Below, piece by piece: positions 15,488 to 31,139 of a DNA stretch of 64,000 nucleotides. The notes beneath the pieces were generated by a model, which did not search any database, was not told the DNA's origin, and was given only the letters and a program-made list of their open reading frames with translations. Source of the DNA: the human T2T-CHM13v2.0 reference genome, Homo sapiens. The position numbers and the translations under genes were made by a program. The DNA is taken from NCBI RefSeq assembly GCF_009914755.1, contig NC_060925.1; one strand, 5' to 3'. The stretch's first letter is position 1. Each line of letters starts with the position of its first letter.

Positions 15488-17304
15488 TCATTTTTTCTTT
15501 CAATATGGAAAATTGGCTAATCCACCTAATACCTGCTCATCTTCTAGTATTCTATCCTACCATCTACCCTCAGAGTTATTGATGTACTCTTTCATCATGT
15601 GCTATCATGATTTCTCCTTAGATTAGAAAGTAAGCTTCAAATGGGAGTGTGTCTTCATATTGTTCTGAATTAACAGATTTTGATGCCCGCTGATCATGTG
15701 CAGATGATGGAAGCTCATTTCCTTCCATGAACCAGGAGCATGCTCGCCTCTTCTTTTAAGTTGACCCACACAATCTCTGATGTCTTCTTTTTGGGAAAGG
15801 GTAATGAGATAAGGATTAAGGACATTTTCTTCTGGTCCAGTGTTAGATACAGTTACCTTGATAATAATGAAAAAAAAATGAATACCACCAAAACCTAACT
15901 ATGATGTAAGGATTCTGCTTCTGCCCCACAGGGGCTCTGAAAGAGTCTAGCCTGGATCTTCTTTCCCAGAGGAAGTTTGACTTATGACCATATTAGTATG
16001 CTTTATTCCTTGGTGTTTAAGGGAGTTGGGGCAGACAGGTTAGCTGGCTAATGTCATTACAATTTAGTTTTTGTGACAATCTGTTAAGAAGGGGGCTTAT
16101 TGCATAATCAAAAAAGAACAATAAAAAAATAAAAATTTCTACTGTGAAACTATTTCAATCTGTAGCAGCTGGTCATGTTAAAACACTTTCTGTTTTGCTT
16201 AATTCGTAACTAGGCATAATTAAAGTTAAATGCTAAATTTTAGGTAGCAGCTGATAAATGGTTCTAAGCTTTCCTGACAGAATACTCCTACTACTTTGGT
16301 GAATCATGGAAAACTCTTTCTCCTTTATTTTTAATTATTTCTTTTCCATCTGTTATTGATGTCATCAACACGGAAGTTGGAAAGGTGACAATGATTGTTC
16401 TAGACTGCCTCTGTAATGCTTTTTCTCCTCTGAGAATTAAAAATACATACTTACACCTTGAGCCAGGTAGAATTGCCAGAACATGTTTTCCTCCGTGTCT
16501 TCGGTCTAGATGACCAATCTGTAGAACGCTATAACTTACTATGCGTAGAGCAGCGGCAGGCATTCATGCTATGGAAAACCTGGAGTCAGTACAAATAAGG
16601 AGTAAGAAAAGGCCAGGGATTGGCAAATCAAAGAAGAGTTCTCTTCTGCCAGGGATTAGCCTCCTAGTTTTAAATATATTTTTAATATCCCCATTTTAAC
16701 ATACTCCATTTTCACCTTCAACCTATCCTTCCTGAAGCCCAAACTTTTAAAGAATTTACTTCCAGACCTGGCCTTCAGCCTAATATGATTAGGGTGTTTT
16801 TCTGAGTGTCTGTCAAATTATGCTGGCTAATTTCAATGAGAAAAGATTTTAGAGTCACAGTGAACCCATCCATAAAAGGACTAAAAGCTCTCTCTGGTCC
16901 CTGAGATCCACAACCCCTGAGAGAAGCCAGAACTACAAATGCATCGTCTAGACTTTGAAGAAGCAGGGTATGATTCTTAATATAGCCCACCCATCGCTAA
17001 GTCAAGCCTAGACTCTAATATTTTTCTATAACAGGAGAAGCCTCCCTGACTGGAGACTAGAGTCTCACATCTTCTGCCACCACATGAATAGACTAAAAAG
17101 AAAGGAGAGTCCCACATCAGGCCAAGTGGTGACCTGTGGCTATTTCAGCTCAGAATGTCAGCCTCTGAAGCATCAGGTTTGAATGACTTTGGTGTCATGG
17201 GATTCTGTCCATTGTCCGTTTGAGTCTGCTGACATGCTTCCTCTGGAAAGTGCAGTTTGGCATGGATGAGTCAGTGGTTTTTTATTTTGGGGTGTTTTTT
17301 AAAA

Positions 17305-17310
17305 AATAAA
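17305..17310 (+). terminator. Candidate distal DYRK3 polyadenylation signal AATAAA (would give a ~6.2 kb 3' UTR)
   Basis: AATAAA with a T-rich upstream element (ggttttttattttgg) and T/GT-rich downstream sequence; fits my recollection of a long-UTR DYRK3 isoform. Confidence 0.45.
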
Positions 17311-17979
17311 AATGAATTGCTTTGAGAATTTTTTAGCATCCTGATTGTTTCAAAACCAAGGCTGAGAACTGTCGCAGGCAGGAACTTGTGTGCTGTACTC
17401 TGAAGGAGGTGAGTACCAGTCGCTGGGTAATTAGGGCTGTGCTGCAGGTACAGCCTCTCTTGCTTGATGACAATGATACAGAAAGAAAATCTTGGGAAGG
17501 GAAAAGGCTGCCCTGAGAAACAGCCTTACAGAGAGTCCACCAGTATTCTTCCTTTAGTACCCAGAGCTTCTGTTCACAGTCTGGTTTGTGAGCTCCAGCC
17601 TTGCTGTGAAGGAAAATGGGAAAACATGTAGAGTGCTCAGGGCTAACCATCTCCCAGAAACCCGAATCAGCAGCTCTCCCATTTACCCTCTTGGGGCCCA
17701 AGCTCAGCTTAAGGATGAAACCTGACACGCAATAAGGAATACAGTTTATTTGGGAAGTTTGGGTGTTTTTCTTAGGCCCAGACCCCAGTCTGTGGGATAA
17801 CTTTTAAAGCCTGAGGGAATTGAGTAAATGAAAGAGGAAAACAATGTTCTTAGGGGTTGTGGGCTCTGCTCCAGCCTGCTTCTGATCTGGCCCTGAGCCA
17901 CAATTGCCCTGGCAACAGGAGCTAATTGGATACCTAACAGGGACTGCCTTCCGCCACCCTTGAGTTGTCCCCTAGATTG

Positions 17980-18556
17980 TTGTGGCACGAATACAGTTCA
18001 CTCCAGCCTTAACCTCCCTGGCCTCAGGTGATCCTCCCACTGCAGCCTCCCAAGTAGCTGGGACTACAGGCATGTATCACCATGCCCAGCTAATTTTATG
18101 TATTTATTTTTATTTTGAAGATGGAGTTTCACTCTGTTGCCTAGGCTGGAGTGCAGTGGCACGATCTCGGCTCACTGCAGCCTCTGCCTCCCAGGTTAAA
18201 TGATTCTCCTGCCTCAGCCTCCCAAGTAGCTGGGACCACAGGCATGCGCCATAACACCCAGCTAATTTTTTGTATTTTTGATAGGGATGGGGTTTCACCA
18301 TGTTGGCCAGGCTGGTTTTGAACTCCTGACGGGTAATCCACCCGCCTCGGCCTCCCAAAGTGTTGGGATTACAAGCATGAAACACCACGCCTGGCCAATT
18401 TTTTGTGTGCTTGTGCATTTTTTTTTTTTTTTTTTTTTTGTAAAGATGGGGTTTCACCACGTTGGCCAGGCTGGTCTCGAACTCCTGGCCTCAAGCCATC
18501 TGCCCATCTCAGCCTCCCAAAGTGCTGGGATTATAGGCATGAGCCACTGTTCTCAG
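17980..18556 (-). mobile_element. Nested Alus: AluS (about 18108-18394) inside the linker of an older AluJ
   Basis: Right arm, full Alu, poly(T), then left arm. Confidence 0.82.
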
Positions 18557-18748
18557 CTTTCCCTGGATTCTTGAACAGGGTTTCTGCCTTATGGGACCCC
18601 AGCCTAAAGCTAGACATGGACCTTCCTATACTCACATGGAGCAACTCCAGGTTGGAGACATTAATTGCTGCTAGCGGAATTATAGAGCAGGCAGAATTTA
18701 AAAGAAAATTCAGCTTGCAATATCGCTGTTAAAATTTACCCATGATCA

Positions 18749-19186
<438 letters not shown>

Positions 19187-21965
19187 CTAGGAAGGAATTT
19201 GTCAGTCCAAAAGCAGAAACATAAAGTGACTGCAGCTAGTCTGTGCAGATGCTAAGGACTGACCTTGACCTTCCAGTAGAGTGAGCCTGGACATGATTTG
19301 ACCTCGTTTTGCAGAGGCTGCCCAGCCCTGCCTTTGAATCTGGCTGTTGATGATCTCCTGATTGAGGAGCAGATCCAGGACACCCAATCTGAACCACTGC
19401 AGAGAATTCTTAATCATTCCCAGGGTGGAGCCCTGACCCAAGCTGCACTCACTTTTGCTGTTCTCAAGCATGTCTATATAGGCTTTTGTTGGTGCATTGA
19501 TTCTTTCACCAGTGACTTGAGCAACTGTTGTGTGCAAAAAAAGCACCCTAATGGCATTTATCAAGGATAGGGAGCGTCAGCAGCATTGTTGACCATATGT
19601 TTAGAATCTAACAAAAGCTAGGCCATGGCTTTAGAGAAAACTTGCCAGCAAGTTATCTGCACTCTGTTCTGGTTTAAAATTTGTGTAACTCTGTAAGTGA
19701 ATGGGATGGGGAGGGGAGATAGTTTCAGAAGAGAATGTTCTCTGAGTCTCTGCATAGTATAGAGTAAGGGGCTTGTGTCCTGAGCTGAAGGTGGAGGAGA
19801 AAAGATGGTAGGAATGAAAGGCATGGAAGACATGCTATCCAGTAGCAACTTGGCTCTCACCACCCTCCGTTTCTGACGTTGAAGATGAAATGGGGTTACC
19901 CTTCAGGTTTCTCTGCCATGATTTCAGATCAGGGGTTTGGCTTTTTCTGCTCCCTCATCAAACTGATTCTATCCCAGATTAGCCATCCTGAGATCTGCAG
20001 GGGAGGAGGAACCAGCAGACCAGGCTTCCCTACTTCTCTTCCCCACTTCTCTTCCCCGATTCCCTCATTTCCCTCAACAAGTAGCTGGCTGCGTTGCTGT
20101 TTTCTCTGGTTGCTAAAACAACATTGCTTACTTCTGTCCCACCAACAATCCCAGCCAGAGACTTGAGACTGAGGTGAATACACGAGATGAATTCAGAAAC
20201 CTCATCCCTGAGATCTTTCACCCGAGTTTTTGAGCCAGCGTCCCACATTGTCCTGGTTCCATTCCCCTCTCAGCAAACACTCTTCATTCATCCCTTTTCC
20301 CGTTGGAACTGAAGTCACTAGTTGCTGTAAAATGCCAGCGAGATGTCCAGGCAAAGTGGCATGAGTGAGAGGGAGGAGGCTTCAGAGCTCTTTGGAGGAC
20401 CAAGAAGCGCAATGGACCACAGGTGCTTCCCCTCAATGCTGCTAAAATAATGAGGGGCAGGCGCTTCCGTGGTGGGTCTTCCTGCAGTCACAACTGTTTC
20501 CCAACCGCTGTGTCACACACTCTACTGCTACCCCTTCCTAGCCCAACCTGGCCTGGGGCAGCTGCATTTCAAAGAGAGGACTTCCTCTGTTCTTTATTTA
20601 GTCCCAGGCTTAAATTCTACTACATTCAGAAGGGGAGGCGCCGCTGTCGCTGGGAAAGCTGGGCCGGGGCCGGAGGGAGACACAAGGCGGAGATTTCCCA
20701 GACCACAGAGTCGAAGTTGTAAAGTTAGAAACCTGGTAGGGAACAGCTGCGGGAGCCTCCTGGGTGGGAAATGTCCTACCTCCCCAACCCCTGCGGCTGC
20801 ACTTTCACGGGGCTCCCCCCAGGGGGCGCCAGGCCCCGCCTCCACCTTTCTCTGCCTTCTCTTCAGTCGCTCAGTAAATGCCCAGTGTACTCGGTGGGCC
20901 AGGCGCTGTGCTGGATCTATTCAAACATAACACACATATTTAATGGAAGGTCAAACATGTTAAGAATTGAAGTACAGTGAGATACATATGATGGTAGACA
21001 TGAACTAGTGTCCTAGCCAAGTGTTCCTCAAAAGACCCATTCGGACGAAGCGTCCCTCACTAGCCATGACCATTTACTTCTCTTTGTTTCCCTTCTTTCT
21101 ACCCTAGCCACCACCCCGCAGCACCAGTGACCACTCACTATCTCCAGTGCCTTCTGCCTCAGAGATTGCGAATGAATGGTGCCCAGGCTCTTCCCAGCTG
21201 AAGAAGTGGGAGGCAGAGTGCCCAGCTGGAGAGACCAAGCACCCGTCCCTTTAGTTCACAGCAGAGCCAGGGTTTATGACCCCTCCCTGCTGCGACCAAC
21301 CCCACCCCGCCCCCACTGCCGTGTTTACAGCGCCTTTTCAGCAGTCCCCATCCCACTCCCCAAAGCTGCCAAATGGGTTTATTTTTACCTACTGGGTTGG
21401 AAAAGGGGCAAAGGCTGAGGCTGGGGCAGTTCTGTGGCGCCAGCTGGGGCTTAAATACAATGAGAAAGTCCCACCCTGCCAGCTCTGCGTGAAGAGAACC
21501 CAGTAGGAAATAAATAGCGCTGTGTGGCCTGCCTGGATGCCTGACCTGCATATGTCTGCCTGGACTCCAGCCCGTCACATGAGCCGAGGCGGGTTAAAAA
21601 GAGAGGTCGGGTGATCTCCCAGCTCAGGTATCTGTCCTGGCATGAGGAGCTGTGGGGTGAGGGTGCCAGCTCTTCTTTACAGGGCCTGGTGGACAGGGAG
21701 GCCCAGTGGGCAGGGGCAATTCGGGCCAGGGAGGGAGTGGGCCAGGAAGGGAGCCGGACAGGCGGACTTTGCCCCAGTGCCAGTCCGCCTCCAGCTATCA
21801 GCCTCCAGCTGTGGGCACTGGGAAAGGGTGATAACGTTCGTAAGGACACTGTGACTGCCTAACGTTGGTAAGGGCAGATGACTGGAAGGGAGAAAAAGCT
21901 TGGCAGAAGTTCCAGGACTAAATCTTAATTTGGCCAAAGCCGTTGTTTCCGTCACACCCCACCCG

Positions 21966-21974
21966 GTGCGTGCG

Positions 21975-22017
<43 letters not shown>
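21966..22017. repeat. Compound (GC)n(AC)n alternating purine-pyrimidine microsatellite
   Basis: gtgcgtgcgcgcgcgcgcacacac..., about 52 bp. Confidence 0.95.
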
Positions 22018-22018
<1 letters not shown>

Positions 22019-22696
22019 ATTGCATATCTTTTTCTTTCCCATAGCTTTGACCCCCTTCATGCATTCCTGCCCCCTCCTCCACCCCTTCCAGCTCAGAATG
22101 CTAGCATCTGCCTATCTCCAGCAACACAGACACTTCTCCCTCCTCCCACGCCTCTCTCCTGGGACTCAGGCCTGTGGCTGCTTCTCCTTTCTAGGCCTCA
22201 GTTTCCCCTTAGGCAGCATGTCTCAGATCCCACTCCCAGGGCCCTCTAGGCAATTTAGGCCAGGAGACAGTGGGAGGCTCCTGGGAGAAGTTTCACTTCT
22301 TTTTACTGAAGTTCCAGAACTAGGTTAAAGGATTCAGCAAGCTGAAGACCTCCCTGTTCAGATCTGAGTTCCCTGAGATGTTGGGGGACCTTGAGTCAAG
22401 AGGCTCATTTGCTCAGATCCTGTTGGTGAGGAAAGTACCACATATATTGTGGTTGGACCAGTGCAACCCCCAGAACACCTGTTCATTGCAGTGGGTTGGC
22501 TGGATAGGGGCGTCTAGGGATCCTGAAGGGACAGAAAACTTGCTCTGTGGGATGATACAGTGCTGTGGAATGGGGAGTGGAGGGAACAGGAGTTGTCGTA
22601 GGCCCCAAGATGCCTGAACTCCAGGAGCCCGAGCTAGAGCGATGGCCATGGCATGGGCAGGCAGGACACATTCAATAGCTCTCAACTAGATAATAG

Positions 22697-23095
<399 letters not shown>

Positions 23096-23249
23096 TAGGG
23101 AGGGAAACCAGTATAATTTGTAATTTCAAGGACTATTCTGGAACTCCAGACTCCATGGAGATTAATCCTAACACTGGGGACAAATGCCCATTTTCTCTGG
23201 TTGGGAAATTTAAGAAATCAAGGTGGAACTGGGCTATATGCAGAAGCAT

Positions 23250-23916
<667 letters not shown>

Positions 23917-24060
23917 ATGCCATCCTCGTGGCACACAGAGCACAGTGTAGAAGGGTGGAGAGTGGATCCAGAGGGGCGAAGAGTATATATAGCAAATCTC
24001 TATGCTCCTAAGCAGGCAATTTCATCAGCATCAAGAAACTTTAATTTTTTTTTTCTTTAC

Positions 24061-24400
24061 GGCCAGGCGCAGTGGCTCATGCCTGTAATCCCAGCACTTT
24101 GGGAGGCTGAGGCGGGTGGATCACAAGGTCAAGAGATCGAGACCATCCTGGCCAACATGGTGAAACCCCGTCTCTACTAAAAATACAAAAATTAGCTGGG
24201 CATGGTGGTGTGCACCTGTAGTCCCAGCTACTTTAGACTACAGGCACGCACCACCATGCCCAGCTAATTTTTTTGTTTGTTTTGGTAGATATGGGGTCTT
24301 GCTATGTTGCTCATGCTGATTTTGAACTTCTAGCCTCAAGCAATCCTCCCAACTTGGCCTCCCAAAGTGCAGGGATTAGTGAGCCACTGCACCCACCCGG
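24061..24400. mobile_element. Two 3'-truncated Alus fused tail-to-tail (+ 24061-24233; - 24236-24400)
   Basis: Sense Alu ends at cccagctact, followed immediately by antisense gactacaggcacgcacc. Confidence 0.85.
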
Positions 24401-27400
24401 CAGTAAACATTTTTTTGAGCACAAACCATGCACAGCCATTTTGCCATGTACCAAGGATAAAACGCAGAAATGGATTTTCAGCAACCTGGTAGTCCAGCTG
24501 GGAGACAGAAGCAGAAGTGTTCAGGGAAGGCTTCATGGAAGAAGTGGGAATGTGAGACGGGGTGGAGGAGGGGATTGGAGGACAGGTGAGCAGAGCGCTG
24601 GGAGTACTTTCCTTCACTGTAGCAGAATGTCATTCAGCAACATGATCCACCCCAAGGTCAAGTTTCAGATCTTCCATCCCTGAGATTTTACATAATAGGC
24701 ATGGTTAAAGATCCCCATGTGACTGTAGCCATGTGACTCCACATATTATGTCCACCTCACCTGGGAAGGATCAGTTTACCTAAATGTCATTCCTGCTGGG
24801 TTCTCTGAACGACAGCTGTCTTCCAACTCCAAGAGTGATGTCCTAATTAATCAAGCAATCCATCAATAAAAATTCACCGGCCTCATAAGTAAAAGGCACT
24901 GGGAACTTGGGCTACACCTCTTCAGAGCACCTCTTCTTCTCAATGAACTCACATTCTAACAGAACAGAGATATGTAGAAATGATTAAAGTGTGTTTGGTA
25001 GGAGGTGTAATGGAGGTACGAGTAAAGTTCTGGGAAAATGCAGTGGAGAGAGTGACTCATTCCTAGAGGTGTTAAAAAAAGGCTTCAGAGAGGTAATATT
25101 TGCACTGCAACTCCATTAATGAGTAGGACTTGCTAGGCAGAGGAGGGAATTCCTGGCAGAGGACTTGAAATGTGTGGAAACAGCAAGAAGGTGAGAAAGG
25201 ATGGTGAAAAATTAAGGGTGGCCAGAGCCTAGGATGGCAGTAATTGAGTCTAGTGGAAAAGCTGTGGGATGGTTTAAAGGGATATTATAGCTCCAGTTAA
25301 GGAGTTCACCAGTTAAGCAGACAAATAAGGAACCAAAGATGTTCTAACGCAAGGGAGGGACACAATGAGCTTCTTTTTGGAAAGGCAATTTTCTAGGAGG
25401 AGATGGCACTGTTCAAATGCAAGCAATAGGACCTGAGACAGGGATCTGTTCCTCTGCTCCTCTCGGGGCCCCACCCCACATCCCACCTCCTCACCTCCCC
25501 ATCCCCATCTTTCTCCAGAGAACAGTTGTTATTTGAAATCTGTTACCATCCTGATTTTGCAACTAAAGAACGGGGCCAAATAAATGAGCTTATTTCCTCT
25601 TCTAGGACAATGTGGGTTGAACACCCAGGAGGACATTTCCCCTTCCTCCAGTTTTTACCCCATTCCCAAATTTGACGACCGAGAGAATGAGATGAAACCT
25701 TAAGTGGAACAGCCAGTCTGTGGGACTCAGGAACTGCCAATCCTAGAGGAACCAGCCAACCCCAGAGCTTGTCAGTTTCCCCAGGGCTCGTTCCACATTT
25801 TGTGACAATTCCCCCAGGTCTAAGCTGAAAAACACCAAAAAATAGGCCAGCTCTTTTCCATTTAATTAGCCATTCCTCCAAGGATGCCAGGTGGAATGTA
25901 GTACGAGCAGATGCATGGGGACAAGAGAAGGCGGGAGTAGATGCTAAATGGGGTTCTGTGAGCCCAGGCTCACCTCTACCAAGGCTGCTTCTTAGAATAA
26001 GGAGCTCAAGAGGCAGACGAAGGGGCTGCAGCCTTTGGGCTTGCAAGCCAAGGGTTTCAGGCACTGGGCACGGAGGGGAGCCGGCATGGCCAGTGAGGAG
26101 GCCAGAAGGGTGGGAGCAGGTGCCGTGGGAGCAGGTGCTGGGGCAGCTGTGCAGGGTCTCTAGGGCAGGAGGAACCGCTGCTTCCTCCGCAAGGGCGAAT
26201 GCAGGGTCGCCTGGGGCTCACCCGCCCTAGTCCGGCTCCTGTTTCAGGGCTGTGGGCAGCCAACAGACCACACCGGCAGCCTTGTGATAGCAGCCAACTG
26301 AGGTGCTGGAGTCTATTTTTGGAGCTCTTAAGAGTAGGGGGAACTGCCAGCTGCCTGGGACCAGATGATCTCTGCAATGCCTTCCTTATCTAAAACAGGG
26401 TGACGCGTGCTAAGCAAATGCAGGCAGCACTCGGGCAAGGGAGAGAGAAAAAGACCCCTTAGAGCCCTGAGGGTCTCTCACCCTTAGCAAATACCTCCTT
26501 AGCGCCGCAGAAAGACCACCGATGTGGAGCAACTACCCCCCCTGGTGGTGAATATCGGGATAAGATTACACAGGGGCGGCTTACTTGGCCCTCACTTGGT
26601 CTTGCAATTTCTCCCCCAAGTCTCTGAAAGGTGACTGGGAGCCTGCGGTGTGAGTCCAGGGTGATTCCTTTTCTTTCTAGCTTCCTTCTTTTTCTCCTGT
26701 TTGCAGTTATGGTCCCTAGCCAGAGGCTTTCAACTTTATGGATCAACATGGCACAGTGGAGGAAGCATTGGCGCTGTGCCCTGAATCTGAGTTTGAATTT
26801 CTTTATTTAAGCCTAGCTGTTTCCATATCTGTAATTTGGAGATGATGCTAGAGGCACTGTCTGCCTCCCAAGGAGGCTGTGAGATCCAATGTGAACCACT
26901 AATCACAGACAAGGAAAGAGGGATGCTTCCTGGTCCCACGACCCAGTTAGTTCCATTGCTGGCTAGGGTGATCTTCCCTGTCAGAAGCCAGCATCACTGT
27001 CACCCATACCTGGTCCTGAGATACCCCACAAGGCTCAGCTCCTCGTGGCTGCTAGGATTCTTTCATTCTGGTCAGGAAGTCACCTTTCCAGCTGCCTAGG
27101 CTGATGGCCAGAGGAGGACGGGATGACATGGTGATTACGGCACTCAGGCTGGAAAGACATAGGGAGGAGTCGTGAGCCTATTTGTTGTTGTTGCCACTTA
27201 ACAGTCTTATTATTGACATTTATTTTTAGGTATCTTACCGGACATTTCTTTTATGCACTGTGACTCTTTGTCTATCAGATGCTGGATTTTGTTGGTGAGA
27301 CACAAGACAGAGAACAAATTCTTGTTCTCCCTAAGGGAGATACTTCGCCCATGCTTGTGACTCTCTTTCCACAGGTCAGTTAGTGGAGCTTTTGCTATAG

Positions 27401-27547
27401 CTTCTTTTCTTTTCTTTTTGTACTGCTGGCTTAAAAACAAAAATGAGGTGAGTTGTCTGAATGGTCTGAAAGGTCAATTCTTTGGGAGCAATGTTGCACT
27501 GTGTGTTTAAAAGTTATTTTCAAGAGTTTTGCTAGGTGTACCTCAAT

Positions 27548-27690
27548 TTTTTTATTGTGGCAAAATACAACACGAAAGTTACTATTTTAATGATTTTTAC
27601 ATGTACAATTCATTGGCATTAAGTACATTAACGATGTTGTGCAACTATCACCATCATCTGTCTCTAGAACTTTTTCATCATCTCCAACAG
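27548..27690 (-). mobile_element. L1MB-like 3' end
   Basis: gtacaattcattggcattaagtacatt ... gttgtgcaactatcaccatc ... ctagaactttttcatc. Confidence 0.7.
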
Positions 27691-28467
27691 AAGCTGTACT
27701 GGGCTGCCACTATTAAAGAACCATAAAGAAACTATTAGCTTCTTTATGACTTAAGCCACTGCTAATTATCTTTTCAACTGCACGCATTCTCTCCTTCTGG
27801 TCTCCCTAGACTGGGCACAAGAGTAGTGGCTACTGTGTTCTGGCTCCTTCTCCAGGAGAATTAATCAGATAATACAGCAGAGAAGGGGGCTGGGGCTTCC
27901 TCGGTTTCCTATAGTTGCTGAATTCTTTGGCAAGAGGGGTGCCTCCAGGGGTCCTGAATGTCTCTCCCCAAATCAGAACCAGAGCCGACCCATAGCTTAG
28001 CTCTGGGCCTGACGTATAATGGGCACTTAATAAAGATTTGTTTGATAAATGAATCTGGACAGATAGATTTGCCATCCCTGGAAAAAAAAACTTTATGGCT
28101 GCTCATAGTCACAATGAATTGACAAGGACATGCACTTTGGGGTCAGAAAGATCTGGGTTCACATGCTGGCCCTATTCCTTACTAAGTAGGTGGCTCATTT
28201 GTTGTTGTTGAGCCACAAAATAGGAATAACAATTCTTACCTTATGGTGTGCAGTTTGAATGAGGCAATGTACATGAGGTACTTTACCTTAGAGTAGTAGA
28301 AGCTCCATGATGTTAGTTCTGTCTCCCTTCCATCTACTAGAAAATCTCACAGACGCATCTCCAGAAATGACTTTCTCTTCTAAATGCCAGTTCCTTTTCC
28401 TATTGCCTCACTTATTGTCAGTTCCTAAGAGTGAGAATCCTCCCTATTTTCTGAACTCTAACCTTAG

Positions 28468-29203
<736 letters not shown>

Positions 29204-29899
29204 GGATTTGTGTTTTCTTATGCACATTGTATGTTCCCTTTCTCTCTTCCCGTGCCCTCACCCTCACCGCCCACCCCCGCCTCCAGTGCATAATCACTGG
29301 CACAAGCTGCTTCTCTCACCCACTAAACTGAAACTATCATGTCTTTTACTATTTCCAAATCCAAGAACTTGGCCACATTCCCCTGGGACAGAGTTCACAG
29401 TGCTTGTCATAGGCACTCAGGTTTTAATAATAGCCAGGATTATCAATCATTCACAATGCCTCTTTCATCCACCCCTTCCTTCCAATTACTTGGCACATTT
29501 GTTTTCACCTCCAAATTCTAAGATAAAGGCATGGAGTAAATTATTTGTGGAAATTAAGTGAGCTGGCTAAGGTCTGTGCCCTGTTGGATATATGACTCTG
29601 TCTACCATGTGGAGTAGTTGGAAAAGTTAAAACCCAGAGGAAAGGAATGCACTTCAATTTCAAACCAGTAAATATTCATTGGGTGCTATGAATATTCAAG
29701 GCTTTGGGGCAATACGAGCTTATGAAATCTGCAAATCTGATGGCAGAGATTTTAAAATAGTATTTTAGAATAGTCTCTTAACTAATATCCCAGTCACCAT
29801 TTGTCCCCTCCTCAATCTAATCTACACAACACTTACAGTTTATATAAATAGTGTTCATGACTTAGGGGTCAAGACTGTGAAGAGTCCCATGTACTCTAG

Positions 29900-30900
29900 G
29901 GAGTTCGGCCCATTTCTCTAGGCTCTGCAGAGCTATTCAAATATTTTTAAGCCCCCTGGAATCAAATGATCAGATCTGCATTTTAAAAAATTATTGGGGT
30001 GATATTGGGAGAAGGGATTGGAAAGGGGAAGACCAGAAGCAATCAGGGGGCTGGTGCCATAATCCAGATGGAAGCTGGTGATTGCCTGAAGCAGGGCAGT
30101 GGCATGAGAATGGAGAGAAGGGAACAGTGGGGAGGTGACATTAGCTGGAATTGTAATTGATTATTGGGGGTGAGAGACAGTGAGGAGTCAAGGTTGACTA
30201 CCAGCATCAGCCTTTGGCAACCAGATGGAGAGTGGTACCTTCTCTGAGTGGCAGGATGAAGGAGGGTGTATGTGTGTGTGTACAGTGTAGATAGAGTCAG
30301 TTCTGTAGATATTGAACTTAAGCTGTCTGAAAATAGTAGTGAAAGTCCACTATGGGTATGAGTTTAAGAAAAGTATTTGGGTTGAATTTGTAAATTTGGG
30401 GGTCACGGGTGTAGATTAGCTGGTAGTTGAAGCCTGGGAAATTGTATAAAATGATTACTAAAGACAGTCAAGGGAGGAGCCCTGGAAAACCTCAACACTT
30501 TAGAGGGAGGTCGGGGAGAAGAGCAATTGAAGGAAACTGAGGAGAAGTGGGCAAGGATGGAGAAGTAGAATTCAGAGTGTGAGGTCCTGATAATCAAGGG
30601 ATCCTGTGCTGCAAAGAGGCCCAGGACAGAGTTTTGAAGGAAGAAGGAAGGGTTGGGGCAAAGTGTGAAATTCAGCAGAGAGATCTAAACTGAGATGGTG
30701 AGCTAAGATAAGGAGATAGGAGGAGTGAGTGGCCGAGGCAAAAGCCGAATTTCAGAAGAGTTGAGTGCTCAGGAGTTGAAGAAGTGGAGACAGGAAGTAT
30801 AGTTAAATTGCTCCTGCAGTTGAGTTTGCTAGGAAAGGAACAAGAGGAAACCAGGCAGGTGTCAGGAAGAGGCAGGACAGCAGGCAAGAAATACTTAAAG
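29900..30900. mobile_element. L2 relic
   Basis: Purine-rich motifs such as atgatcagatctgcatttt, ataatccagatg, ggagtcaaggttgac. Confidence 0.6.
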
Positions 30901-30981
30901 ATGTTACAGACAGGGGAAAGTGTCACTTGAGTGGAAATGGAGCAAATGCTGTTCCCTACTCAAAACCATCCCCCTCGCTTG

Positions 30982-31120
30982 TTGGGCCCCATGATGTGTC
31001 TGTAATCTCAGCACTTTGGGAGGTTCAGGCCGAAGGATCCCTTGAGCCCAGGAGTTTGAGTCCAGCGTGGACAACCCAGTTGAAGCTTCTTTCTCTAAAA
31101 AACAATACCAGAACCAAAAA
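30982..31120 (+). mobile_element. Old Alu monomer (FLAM/AluJ fragment)
   Basis: tgtaatctcagcactttgggagg ... gagcccaggagtttgag. Confidence 0.7.
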
Positions 31121-31139
31121 CCCATCCCCCTTTTCCTTC

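Noticed and set aside
19453-19607. Resemblance of CC*RSLSLINAIRVLF...RINAPTKAYI to IL-19/IL-20 exon 3, with a 155-nt AG/GT block vs about 153 nt
   Set aside because: Few identities, wrong phase, and no flanking IL-10-family exons or KAxxExD motif found. It shows how easily such weak matches arise by chance.
20225-20265. WNQDNVGRWL resembling a SAM-domain start
   Set aside because: The rest of the SAM pattern is absent.
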